A stretch of DNA of 37,285 bases, from the NCBI GenBank assembly GCA_043803945.1, contig JAZDJN010000044.1:1-37285 (forward strand), written 5' to 3'. Shown here piece after piece: positions 8,671 to 16,871 of this stretch. How positions within the stretch are numbered: the stretch's first letter is position 1; each line of letters begins with the position of its first letter. This DNA is from a bacterium (GTDB lineage Bacteria; Bacteroidota; Ignavibacteria; UBA10030). The notes beneath the pieces are model-generated. The model was given only the letters and a program-made list of their open reading frames with translations, was not told the DNA's origin and did not search any database. The translations under genes and the position numbers were made by a program.

Positions 8671-9657
8671 TTATGAATCTTTCCAAAGAAATGGCAAACT
8701 CTTCCTTGTTTCTTTTGAAGCAAATAGCTTATCGTCACCATCCCAAACTAGCCGAACATTCCTGTCCTTCTCAAGGAAGTGCCCCATCTATGTTAGATCT
8801 TGAGGAAGTTTAGTCTCAACTACTAGTACAAGCACAGCATCAGGTGTGTTTTGTAGATAACGATACTCATACAGTTGGCTAATGCCAGTGCGGACTTGCA
8901 AACGAACATTATCAATGGTTGTAGATTTCATTTCAAACAAGTAAGGAACATTCTCTACTCTAGCTGCAAGGTCTATGAGTTGATTACAACGTGGTAGGAT
9001 ACCCATCTTTCTTATTCGATTAGCTACCAGGTTTACTAGCTTCCTATGTTGGTTGCTCGCGCGTTCCATCGCGGCATCGTTTCTCATAATGGAAATATAA
9101 TTTTGAGCTTTACTTGCTCGCATTGCAACCTCTCTGTACTCCTTCAAAGAACCGCTTTTTGGAAAAAGTGGCTCTTCATTCACATCGTACTCTACAGGCT
9201 CGATCAAACTACCAAAGTCTTCTGTAATAAGATAGCGCGGACCTCGTTTTTCAATTAGGTTAAGAGAACCAAGCCAACTCACAACAGTGCTGACACGCCG
9301 ATCCATCATAGATTCACCAACTGGTTGTGTCACTTCAGAAATAAAGCCTTCAAGTATCTCTTTTGTTACACCTCGAGGATGTAACTCAAAAAATGGAACG
9401 ACTCGTCTGAAAAGTCTTGAGTTGATTACAATCTCTTTAAGCATCTTGTTCTGTACAGCAGGGACAGCTGCTAGAAATCTTCTACCGAGGTCCGTCATTT
9501 CAGCATGATTGCGTGAATTAGAAATCAATCCAAGTGTTTCAGCTGCCAATCGATAATATCGCCCTTGACGGTCGACCTCTTTGTAGAGCCACTTAAGTAA
9601 ATAGGGAAGTATGTTGCAGTGTGGTGAAACTAAGGAAGGGCTAATTCTTCTTTCCAA
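8671..9657 (-). pseudogene. Winged-helix plus PD-(D/E)XK (QxxxY-type) restriction-like nuclease with an in-frame TAG and a probable 5' truncation
   Basis: RQGRYYRLAAETLGLI; IDL...LFEMKS...GISQLYEY; TAG at 8788-8790 followed in frame by 38 more codons; no convincing start or RBS. Confidence 0.7.
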
Positions 9658-9884
9658 AACTCTTCAGTGACGTTCAGGAAACGAACACCAATCATGGGAT
9701 CTTCGGGAAATGTCTGACCGCAGCCGCATTCATATTCTAAGTAAACAACTATTCCTTCCCCCTCAAGGAATCTTTCATCTCCTGTTTCATCTACAATCGA
9801 AACAACGCGAACACGCTGCCCGATTCGGAACGGAGCACCAAAAACATCTTTGGTTATACCAATTGAAGTGTCTCCTGTAGACAT
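9630..9884 (-). CDS. CarS-like small acidic SH3-fold protein (putative DNA-mimic antirepressor)
   Basis: DVFGAPFRIGQRVRVV...RFL..EGIVV...FPEDPMIGV...FWKEEL resembles Myxococcus CarS as I recall it; 16 D/E versus 7 K/R in 84 aa. Confidence 0.6.
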   Translation of the reverse strand: MSTGDTSIGITKDVFGAPFRIGQRVRVVSIVDETGDERFLEGEGIVVYLEYECGCGQTFPEDPMIGVRFLNVTEEFWKEELALP

Positions 9885-9891
9885 GGGAAGG

Positions 9892-10605
9892 CTACGTCCA
9901 ACTTTGTTCCAAGGCTTTGCTTTCACTCGCCTTTGAGTGGAGGTCTGACACTAATTCATAGCTCGAGAACTTGATTCTGCTATATATGCTTTTGAAAACT
10001 GATTGACCGGTTTTTGAATCAAATTCTCTCTTGCGGACGGAGAGAGAAACTATTCTAAATACAGAAAAGAACGCCTTGAAGTTTGTAAACTTCAACAAGG
10101 AGTTATTGATGTCCGTGGTGTTCTCAACTTCGATGAATTCCGATGGCATCTTGTTGTCGTCAAACCAGATCACGTCAACGGTTCGTGCTCGACGAACAAT
10201 GTCTTCGTAAGTAAAGGGATAGATCTCATCTACCGTGGTCAGCTCTCCTAGACGTTTGCCAAGAAAAAACTTGTTTCTATCCTGAGCGGGAACAAATGTG
10301 GCTTGGTTTCGAAGATTGCCCAACTCCACAAGCAATCCTTGATAGTAAGTATGGTCGCTTTCCGGTTTCGGTTTTCCACGTAGATCAGACGGCAGTATGT
10401 CTTTTGCTTCATGGAGTGCCCAAAGTCCTGGTCGAATCCTAAAGAAGTATTCTGTATTTTGAACAATTCTGTTTATTGATTTGAACGGAGTTTTGGTTTC
10501 CCACTTGACATCGGCGATCTTCAAAACTTCCTTGTACAGGTAACCCAATGTGGCATAGCCACCATTAGCCCTCATCACATCGATCACAACTTCACGTTGG
10601 TTCAT
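9892..10605 (-). CDS. N-terminal winged-HTH (HARE-HTH-like) plus PD-(D/E)XK restriction-endonuclease-like protein
   Basis: GGYATLGYLY...KTPFKSI...PGLWAL; HTYYQGLL...VDVIWF...IEVENTT; ATGA overlap with the upstream ORF. Confidence 0.7.
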   Translation of the reverse strand: MNQREVVIDVMRANGGYATLGYLYKEVLKIADVKWETKTPFKSINRIVQNTEYFFRIRPGLWALHEAKDILPSDLRGKPKPESDHTYYQGLLVELGNLRNQATFVPAQDRNKFFLGKRLGELTTVDEIYPFTYEDIVRRARTVDVIWFDDNKMPSEFIEVENTTDINNSLLKFTNFKAFFSVFRIVSLSVRKREFDSKTGQSVFKSIYSRIKFSSYELVSDLHSKASESKALEQSWT

Positions 10606-11042
10606 ATTTGAAAACCTTTGGCAGAAAGAAATACTACTTGATTGTTTGGCTTGAGAGCCCGAACCTCGTAATAGAACTTCTCATCATTCACATATCGTCC
10701 AAGTTCACGAATCAACGCATCGACATTATCGCGGACTGCTTTGTAAGCATTTATCAACTCTTCGTTGGAATCACTCAAAACAGCCTCGGGTGGCCGCAAA
10801 TGGAAAAAAAGCGCACCCGCGCCAACAAATGGTTCAATGTATCGGCGATACGTTCCCGGGATATGGCCCATCAACTCAGGCAGAAGTTGTTTCTTTCCCC
10901 CCGCCCACTTCAAGAAGAGGCCACCTTTCACAAGGATTTGCTTAGATGCTTCCACGGGTGAATAGCTCAAAGGAATTTGAGGTTTTACTACATCAGGTGT
11001 AGTCTCAATTTTATTGGAATACTTGTAGTGTGATCTCATCAT
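10602..11042 (-). pseudogene. dam: Truncated Dam-family (D12 class) DNA adenine methyltransferase
   Basis: FLKWAGGK, YIEPFVGAGALFF, SDSNEELINAY present; ends at 146 aa with no DPPY catalytic motif. Confidence 0.8.
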
Positions 11043-11198
11043 GATTCAAATACGGTTACAATAATATAATTGAAATCACCTGATCAAACAAGTCAGTTAA
11101 TATGCAAGCAACGGGAAGCTCCGACCCTCTACCACTTGAGTTCATTTCTGTGTACAATAGAATTGTCCATGCCCTCTCAACCTATGGGAGATGCTGCC

Positions 11199-11882
11199 AT
11201 GAAAATAGAATGCCCTCGCTGTCAAAAAATCCTGCCGGACGGCTTTTATGATCCCGATCGGACAACCATTCTTTGCCCCCATTGCGATTACACGTTTTTC
11301 TTTACCACCAGCGTCGATGTCGACGCTCTGAAAGACTACGAAGGGACATCTCCGCCTGATGGAATCAGCATCCAACGTTCACCTTCTGAATTTATCCTCA
11401 CGGCGTCAGCGCGACCCAAGTCGCTCGGACTTTTCTTGGTATCTCATATCGCATTAATAATCATTGCCGTGGTGTTTTATGACAAATACATGCCGGAAAC
11501 CGATTTGACGGATTCAAGCTGGTGGCTCTCTTTACTATCGTATGTATCCCTTTTATCTGGAACCTCCTTCTATGTTCTCTTCCGTTTCTGGGGTACCTAT
11601 GTATTCACCATTAAGCAGAATATGGCTGTACTGCGTCGGAAGCTGGGATGGTTTGGATACTCAGAAGAATTCCATTGGAGCAGCATTTCTGCAGTGTCAG
11701 AAGTATGGGGATATGATAAGGAATCGAAAGATTCAGATAACATTGTCCATTCTATCATGCTGAAAGGAAGAAAAACAATAACGTTTGGAGATTCTCTTAC
11801 CGAGGCTCAACGGGCATACATCATTATCACATTGCGAAAAATGTTGATACACCAACCTTCCAAAGCTCCTCCCAAACGCTGA
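11199..11882 (+). CDS. Membrane protein with an N-terminal Zn-ribbon
   Basis: CPRC...CPHC, two TM segments; GGAGA RBS before ATG 11199. Confidence 0.7.
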   Translation: MKIECPRCQKILPDGFYDPDRTTILCPHCDYTFFFTTSVDVDALKDYEGTSPPDGISIQRSPSEFILTASARPKSLGLFLVSHIALIIIAVVFYDKYMPETDLTDSSWWLSLLSYVSLLSGTSFYVLFRFWGTYVFTIKQNMAVLRRKLGWFGYSEEFHWSSISAVSEVWGYDKESKDSDNIVHSIMLKGRKTITFGDSLTEAQRAYIIITLRKMLIHQPSKAPPKR

Positions 11883-11968
11883 TACTATTTCTCGTAAAAC
11901 TCTTTCCACACAGCGGCACGCTGGAAGTTATCTTCTCTCCCTCGTATATTGCTCCTGTCATTGAGTAA

Positions 11969-12775
11969 ATGAATTTTTGTGAGGTACTAATGTGTCTCTT
12001 GCTCTTGTGGTTGCTGTTTCAGTCTCTCCAGAGTACACCAATTCAGGATCGGTCATACTATCCATTCCAAATCGTTCAAGGCGGCATCATCAGAACAGAT
12101 CAATCACAGAAACAAATCAATCTTGTCTTCACAGGACATGAGTTTGCCGATGGCGGCGAACATATCCGATCAGTCCTCGCTGCTCATGCTATAAAGGCAT
12201 CGTTCTTCCTTACTGGAGACTTCTATCGAAATACCCGGTTCTCCAAACTGATTCAACTCCTGAAAACCGATGGCCATTACCTTGGCGCTCATTCCGATAA
12301 GCATTTACTTTATGCCTCATGGGAAAAGAGAGATTCCCTGCTTGTAACCAAGAGACAGTTTACAGAAGATCTTCTGGGCAACTATAACGCAATGAAGAAG
12401 TTTGGAATCACAAAGAATGACGCTCCATACTTTCTTCCCCCTTATGAGTGGTATAATGATTCGATCAGTGCCTGGACTCTTCAAATGGGATTCACGCTCG
12501 TAAACTTCACACCCGGTACATATTCCAATGCCGATTGGACACATCCTGCACTTAACAAACAATATCTGAGTTCTGATATGATTCTCACACGAATTTTACG
12601 ATATGAGAAAACTCACCTTCACGGCTTAAACGGATTCATTCTCCTGCTGCATATCGGCACCGACCCGCGCCGGACAGACAAATTCTATTATAGTCTCGAC
12701 ACCCTGCTGACTGAACTGAAGAAGCAGGAGTACCGATTCACTCTCTTTCAACAAACGATCCCGGGAAAAGAATGA
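11969..12775 (+). CDS. Polysaccharide deacetylase (NodB/CE4) family protein
   Basis: Signal-like N-terminus; KASFFLTG, HYLGAHSDKH, YFLPPYE, ILLLH motifs. Confidence 0.85.
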   Translation: MNFCEVLMCLLLLWLLFQSLQSTPIQDRSYYPFQIVQGGIIRTDQSQKQINLVFTGHEFADGGEHIRSVLAAHAIKASFFLTGDFYRNTRFSKLIQLLKTDGHYLGAHSDKHLLYASWEKRDSLLVTKRQFTEDLLGNYNAMKKFGITKNDAPYFLPPYEWYNDSISAWTLQMGFTLVNFTPGTYSNADWTHPALNKQYLSSDMILTRILRYEKTHLHGLNGFILLLHIGTDPRRTDKFYYSLDTLLTELKKQEYRFTLFQQTIPGKE

Positions 12776-13782
12776 CTCTCCCTTCACAAAAAATTCGATA
12801 TGGCATCATCGGCTTCGGCCTGTTCGCCGAACGCGCAATTGCGCCAGCAATCCAGCAATCAAAGAATGCAGAACTCCGCGCTATTCAAAAACGATCACTC
12901 AGTGTTTGTCGTGAGAAAGCGGAACAGTATCATATTCCACTTTCCTTTTCGTCTGTTGCAGAGATGGTGAAGCATCCCGACATCGATGCTGTGTTTATTG
13001 TCTCCGCAAACTCTGCCCACGCACATGGGACCATCCTTGCCGCTGAAGCAGGGAAACATGTGTTGGTTGAAAAACCGATGGCTATGAATGTTCGCGAAGC
13101 TGAACAGATGATCGATGCCTGTTCTCGCAACGGTGTACAGTTGATGATCGGGCATATGATTCGCTTTTCTCCGCTCATTCTTCGAATGAAGGAAATAGTT
13201 CATTCCGGTATGATTGGCAACATCACTTTTGCACGATCGGATTTTTTCTACGACGGACGGTTGACGAAACGTCAATGGTTACAGAACAGAGCGGTAGCCG
13301 GTGGAGGACCCGTCTTCGATATTGGTGTTCATTGCCTCGATACACTGCGATTCATCCTGAATGACAACGTCACCTCCTGCAAGGCACATCTTTCACCTCC
13401 ACCGACAAATCGAGAGACAGAACTCACTGCCGGTATCACAATGCAATTTTTAGGCGGCACCGTGGGATCAATTTATTGTTCATATGATGTGCCATCACGA
13501 CGGTCGTTCATTGAATTGATCGGCACCGAAGGCATTCTCTCGGCAAATGATTTTACACTTGGCGACCGGACAGGCACACTCTCCATCGGGCTTCGTCAGC
13601 CTCCCGCAGAGTATATTGTCAGGACCGAAAAGATCGCTATTCCAAACCTCTACGTTGAGGAGGTAGAACGATTCTCAAAATCAATTATCGAGAAAACCGA
13701 TAGTCCCATCCCCGGATCAGAAGGGCTCGAGAACCAGCGAATCCTGAAGACAATTTTTAGCGGAGACGTAGCCGCCCAATAA
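12772..13782 (+). CDS. Gfo/Idh/MocA family oxidoreductase
   Basis: IRYGIIGFG, GKHVLVEKP, GGGPVFDIGVH. Confidence 0.92.
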   Translation: MTLPSQKIRYGIIGFGLFAERAIAPAIQQSKNAELRAIQKRSLSVCREKAEQYHIPLSFSSVAEMVKHPDIDAVFIVSANSAHAHGTILAAEAGKHVLVEKPMAMNVREAEQMIDACSRNGVQLMIGHMIRFSPLILRMKEIVHSGMIGNITFARSDFFYDGRLTKRQWLQNRAVAGGGPVFDIGVHCLDTLRFILNDNVTSCKAHLSPPPTNRETELTAGITMQFLGGTVGSIYCSYDVPSRRSFIELIGTEGILSANDFTLGDRTGTLSIGLRQPPAEYIVRTEKIAIPNLYVEEVERFSKSIIEKTDSPIPGSEGLENQRILKTIFSGDVAAQ

Positions 13783-13786
13783 GTTC

Positions 13787-13946
13787 TCCACGGATGACAC
13801 ACCGAGATACACAGATAATGTTTTATTGCAATTCCTCGGCCACAGAGGATTACAGCACAGAGAGAAAAGAGAATTACTAGATGTCTATATGCATGGGCAT
13901 ACTTGAATTGAAGAATAAACCTCTGTGTTCTCAGCGGCTCTGTGGC
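13787..13946. repeat. Intergenic inverted short-repeat element (cacagag / ctctgtg)
   Basis: gccacagag at 13839-13847 and ctctgtggc at 13938-13946, with internal cacagag/ctctgtg copies. Confidence 0.6.
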
Positions 13947-14004
13947 AATATCTTGGATACGCTTAGCAGTTCCGTAGAGATCGATAAATTTATTTTCTCC
14001 ATCA

Positions 14005-14031
14005 TGTAACAAAGAGTGCCAATGGCTCGTA
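14005..14031 (+). promoter_or_regulatory. ECF-sigma-type promoter
   Basis: TGTAAC-N17-CGTA about 30 nt upstream of the pspC-like start. Confidence 0.5.
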
Positions 14032-14061
14032 GGTTGTAGGTAACTATGGGGGCATTCGATC

Positions 14062-14508
14062 ATGCATAAACGACTCTATCTCTCGAAAAAAGACAAAGTA
14101 ATTGCAGGTGTTGCCGGTGGTTTGGGTGAATACCTCGACGTCGATCCCGTGTTTATCCGGATCATTTTCGTCGTTGCACTCTTCGCCGGCGGTTTTGGCT
14201 TGCTTGCCTATATCGTTGCCTGGATTATTTTACCCGAGCGGCCAAATGGTGTCAATGCAGCTTCTGCTCCGCAGAGCGAGCCGCAGCCCGGTCAATCAAT
14301 CCCTGCCAGCCCGCCTCCGCCTCCCCCCCAACCCGCACAACAAGGCCGCGGAGGACTTATCTTCGGAAGCATACTTGTCGTTCTAGGTTTGCTTTTCCTT
14401 GCAGAGAATTTCATTGAGAACTTTCACTTTGGCGATTGGTGGCCGCTTATTCTCGTAGCAATGGGTGCAGGTCTCTTGTACAAAGCTTTTCGACCTTCAC
14501 AATCATAA
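14062..14508 (+). CDS. pspC: PspC-domain protein with C-terminal LiaF/DUF5668-like TM segment
   Basis: KRLY.S..DKVIAGVAGGLGEYLDVDP..IRI...AYIVAWIILP; Pro-rich linker; WWPLILV. Confidence 0.85.
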   Translation: MHKRLYLSKKDKVIAGVAGGLGEYLDVDPVFIRIIFVVALFAGGFGLLAYIVAWIILPERPNGVNAASAPQSEPQPGQSIPASPPPPPPQPAQQGRGGLIFGSILVVLGLLFLAENFIENFHFGDWWPLILVAMGAGLLYKAFRPSQS

Positions 14509-14518
14509 TGAGGTGACT

Positions 14519-15421
14519 ATGAAACTCAGCACACTGTTTTGGGGAGTACTTTTTGTTGCGATTGGAGTGCTCTTCTTACTCGATAATCTCGATATTCTCT
14601 ATTTCGACTGGGCCGTTATCCTTAAGCTCTGGCCTTTACTGCTTGTGCTCTGGGGAGCGATGCTTATTATTGGGAAGGAAAAGCCGAAGTGGTATGTGGT
14701 TGTCCTGGTAATTTTCTTTGCTCTCTTCGCTCTTGCGGGTACGGTATTGTATGAGATCACAAATTTCAGAGAGGACTTCGCCTCTCACGATGCTACCACA
14801 CAGACCTTCACTTCACAATTTGGCTCTGATATTGACCATGGCAAATTTTCACTGCGCTCCGGAGCCGGGAAATTCATTCTTGAAGATACCACCGATCAGA
14901 TGATCAACGCCGTCACGGAGACAAGCTTTGGGGAATACCGATTCGATGAGGAACGAGATGGCCGGTCTGTGAATCTTGACCTTTCCCTGGAAGGGAGAGA
15001 GCGTGGATGGGTATTCCGAAAATGGTCTAACCGAGTGAATGTAAAACTGAATCCTTCGCCGGTCTGGGCTTTTGATCTTGAGGTCGGAGCCTCCAGCATC
15101 AATTTCGACCTGCGGCCGTTTGAGGTTGAAGATATAAAAATCGATTGCGGTGCCTCGTCCCTCAACCTGCAGTTAGGCGATCGAGCGAAACAAACCAATG
15201 TCCAAATCCATGGCGGTGCTTCTTCTCTCGATATCACCGTCCCACGCTCCGTTGGTTGTGAGGTGCGGGCGAACACAGCACTCACCAGCAAACGGCTGCA
15301 GGATTTTGAGAAAATCCATGGGAATCTCTTTCAGACAGAAAACTTCGAGGATGCCAAGAAGAAAATCTATATAGAAATAGAAACTGGTGTTTCGAAAATT
15401 CGAATCCGGAGAGAAGGGTAA
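14519..15421 (+). CDS. LiaF-like membrane protein (DUF5668 TMs plus beta-solenoid domain)
   Basis: LFWGVLFVAIGVLFLL...LWPLLLV; repeated GAS/GAG beta motifs; GAGGTG RBS before ATG 14519. Confidence 0.75.
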   Translation: MKLSTLFWGVLFVAIGVLFLLDNLDILYFDWAVILKLWPLLLVLWGAMLIIGKEKPKWYVVVLVIFFALFALAGTVLYEITNFREDFASHDATTQTFTSQFGSDIDHGKFSLRSGAGKFILEDTTDQMINAVTETSFGEYRFDEERDGRSVNLDLSLEGRERGWVFRKWSNRVNVKLNPSPVWAFDLEVGASSINFDLRPFEVEDIKIDCGASSLNLQLGDRAKQTNVQIHGGASSLDITVPRSVGCEVRANTALTSKRLQDFEKIHGNLFQTENFEDAKKKIYIEIETGVSKIRIRREG

Positions 15422-15447
15422 GATCGTACTATAGCAGTCAATCAACG

Positions 15448-15482
15448 AACGCTCCATGCCAGCGAGGATGGAGCGTTTTTTT
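15448..15482 (+). terminator. Rho-independent terminator between convergent genes
   Basis: Stem aacgctccat/atggagcgtt followed by a T run. Confidence 0.8.
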
Positions 15483-16533
15483 ATTCCTGCTCAAGCAATT
15501 CTGCAGCCCGATTAAAGACTTCCTGAGGAGAAATTTCAATCATACATCGAAAGTGCTTTTCTGGGCACACCATTCGCCCCACATGGGAGCATGGGCGGCA
15601 GTATAATCCTTCATGCTGAATCACGACGCTGCCGGAAGAGTACGGAAAAAATCCGAACTCCTCCACCGTTGATCCGAAAATTGCAAGAACCTTTTTCTGC
15701 CTGGCAACGGCGACATGCATCAATCCTGAATCATTCGTAACAAGAAGGTCGCAATACTCCATGGCCGCTGCAGTTTCCAGCAAGTTCAAACTCCCTCCGA
15801 AGGAGAAGGCACGGTTCGCATCGGTCTTCCTGTTAATCTTATCGACAATCGATGATGTGAGCTGAGCATCATCTGGACCGCCGAAGAGAAGTATCTTGGC
15901 ATCCTGTTTCATTGCAAGTTGAGAACCGAGCTCAATGAACCGTTCCACCGGCCAGCGTTTGGTATAATGCCTCGCACCCGGGCAAAGCCCTACGACTTTT
16001 TCATATTGATTGAGACGAAGCCGCCCAACGCTCGCCGAGACTCCAAACGCTGCTTCATCCGGAATATGAATCTCCAATCCCTTACCATCGTTCGTCACGC
16101 CAAGGTCCTTGACCGGTTCGATATAGCGATCGGCAACAGGCACTACTTCACCGTAAAGATTTTTTTTCATCATCAATAAAATCGATCGCTGCATCACCCG
16201 TTTGTTGATCACAGCAATTTTCTTCACGCCCCGGATACTTCTCAAATAGCGGCTCCGCAAGCTGTCATGGATATCAATAATCAGATCGTATCCTTCAGCC
16301 CTGATCTTGGCCTTCAATGCTTTCAATCCCTCAAATCCTTTCGAGGGTTCGAACTCATAGGTGTAATTCAAATTGGGATTGGTTTTGACCAAGTCTGCAA
16401 ATTCTTTCTTTGTAACAAAATCAATCTGACTCGACGGGTACTGCTTCCTCAACACACGGAGAAGCGGTGAGGCCAGAATAACATCGCCGATGGAACTGAA
16501 CCGGATAACGAGTGTTTTATTGATTGAGACCAT
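15481..16533 (-). CDS. waaF: LPS heptosyltransferase II (GT9)
   Basis: LVIRFSSIGDVIL, YDLIIDIH, KRWP, VTNDSGLMH, IFGST, CRPCS. Confidence 0.85.
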   Translation of the reverse strand: MVSINKTLVIRFSSIGDVILASPLLRVLRKQYPSSQIDFVTKKEFADLVKTNPNLNYTYEFEPSKGFEGLKALKAKIRAEGYDLIIDIHDSLRSRYLRSIRGVKKIAVINKRVMQRSILLMMKKNLYGEVVPVADRYIEPVKDLGVTNDGKGLEIHIPDEAAFGVSASVGRLRLNQYEKVVGLCPGARHYTKRWPVERFIELGSQLAMKQDAKILLFGGPDDAQLTSSIVDKINRKTDANRAFSFGGSLNLLETAAAMEYCDLLVTNDSGLMHVAVARQKKVLAIFGSTVEEFGFFPYSSGSVVIQHEGLYCRPCSHVGRMVCPEKHFRCMIEISPQEVFNRAAELLEQE

Positions 16534-16871
16534 GCTGAAGAAAAGTAGTGTTAAAATGACGCAGATTCAACGGTTGGTGTCGAGTCTTAGAGATATCTTG
16601 AAGAACAAATCCGTCCCATATATTCAAAATGGCTGCAATGAAACGTTTTAGACCTGGAGACTTATTCAAGCTATTGGTGAGTCGAGACACAAGTTCAATG
16701 TAGATTACCTCCGCAATTGTCGTGGAAAGCATAGTGCCCGCCTTTAATCCGCAGTACCGATCTCCAGGATCATCCGCACGATTTTCGTAACACCACTTGG
16801 AATTCAGGCATAAGACTTATACATTTTATCAGATCTCTTCGTTGAACCTCTTCGATTGAAAAATCAAACAG

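Noticed and set aside
8247-8686. Short ORFs 8247..8492 and 8489..8686
   Set aside because: They overlap the tRNA-like element or AT-rich spacer, with no motifs or RBS
8788-8790. Amber recoding or pyrrolysine at the in-frame TAG
   Set aside because: TAG ends other intact genes in the window (e.g. 363, 9892, 22502); no pyl genes; the same gene also looks 5'-truncated
8400-11060. Active prophage or integrative element
   Set aside because: No integrase, transposase or phage genes, and no distal att copy seen
13650-14063. 137-aa minus-strand ORF
   Set aside because: Spans a repeat element, a promoter and the end of the oxidoreductase; no protein-like motifs
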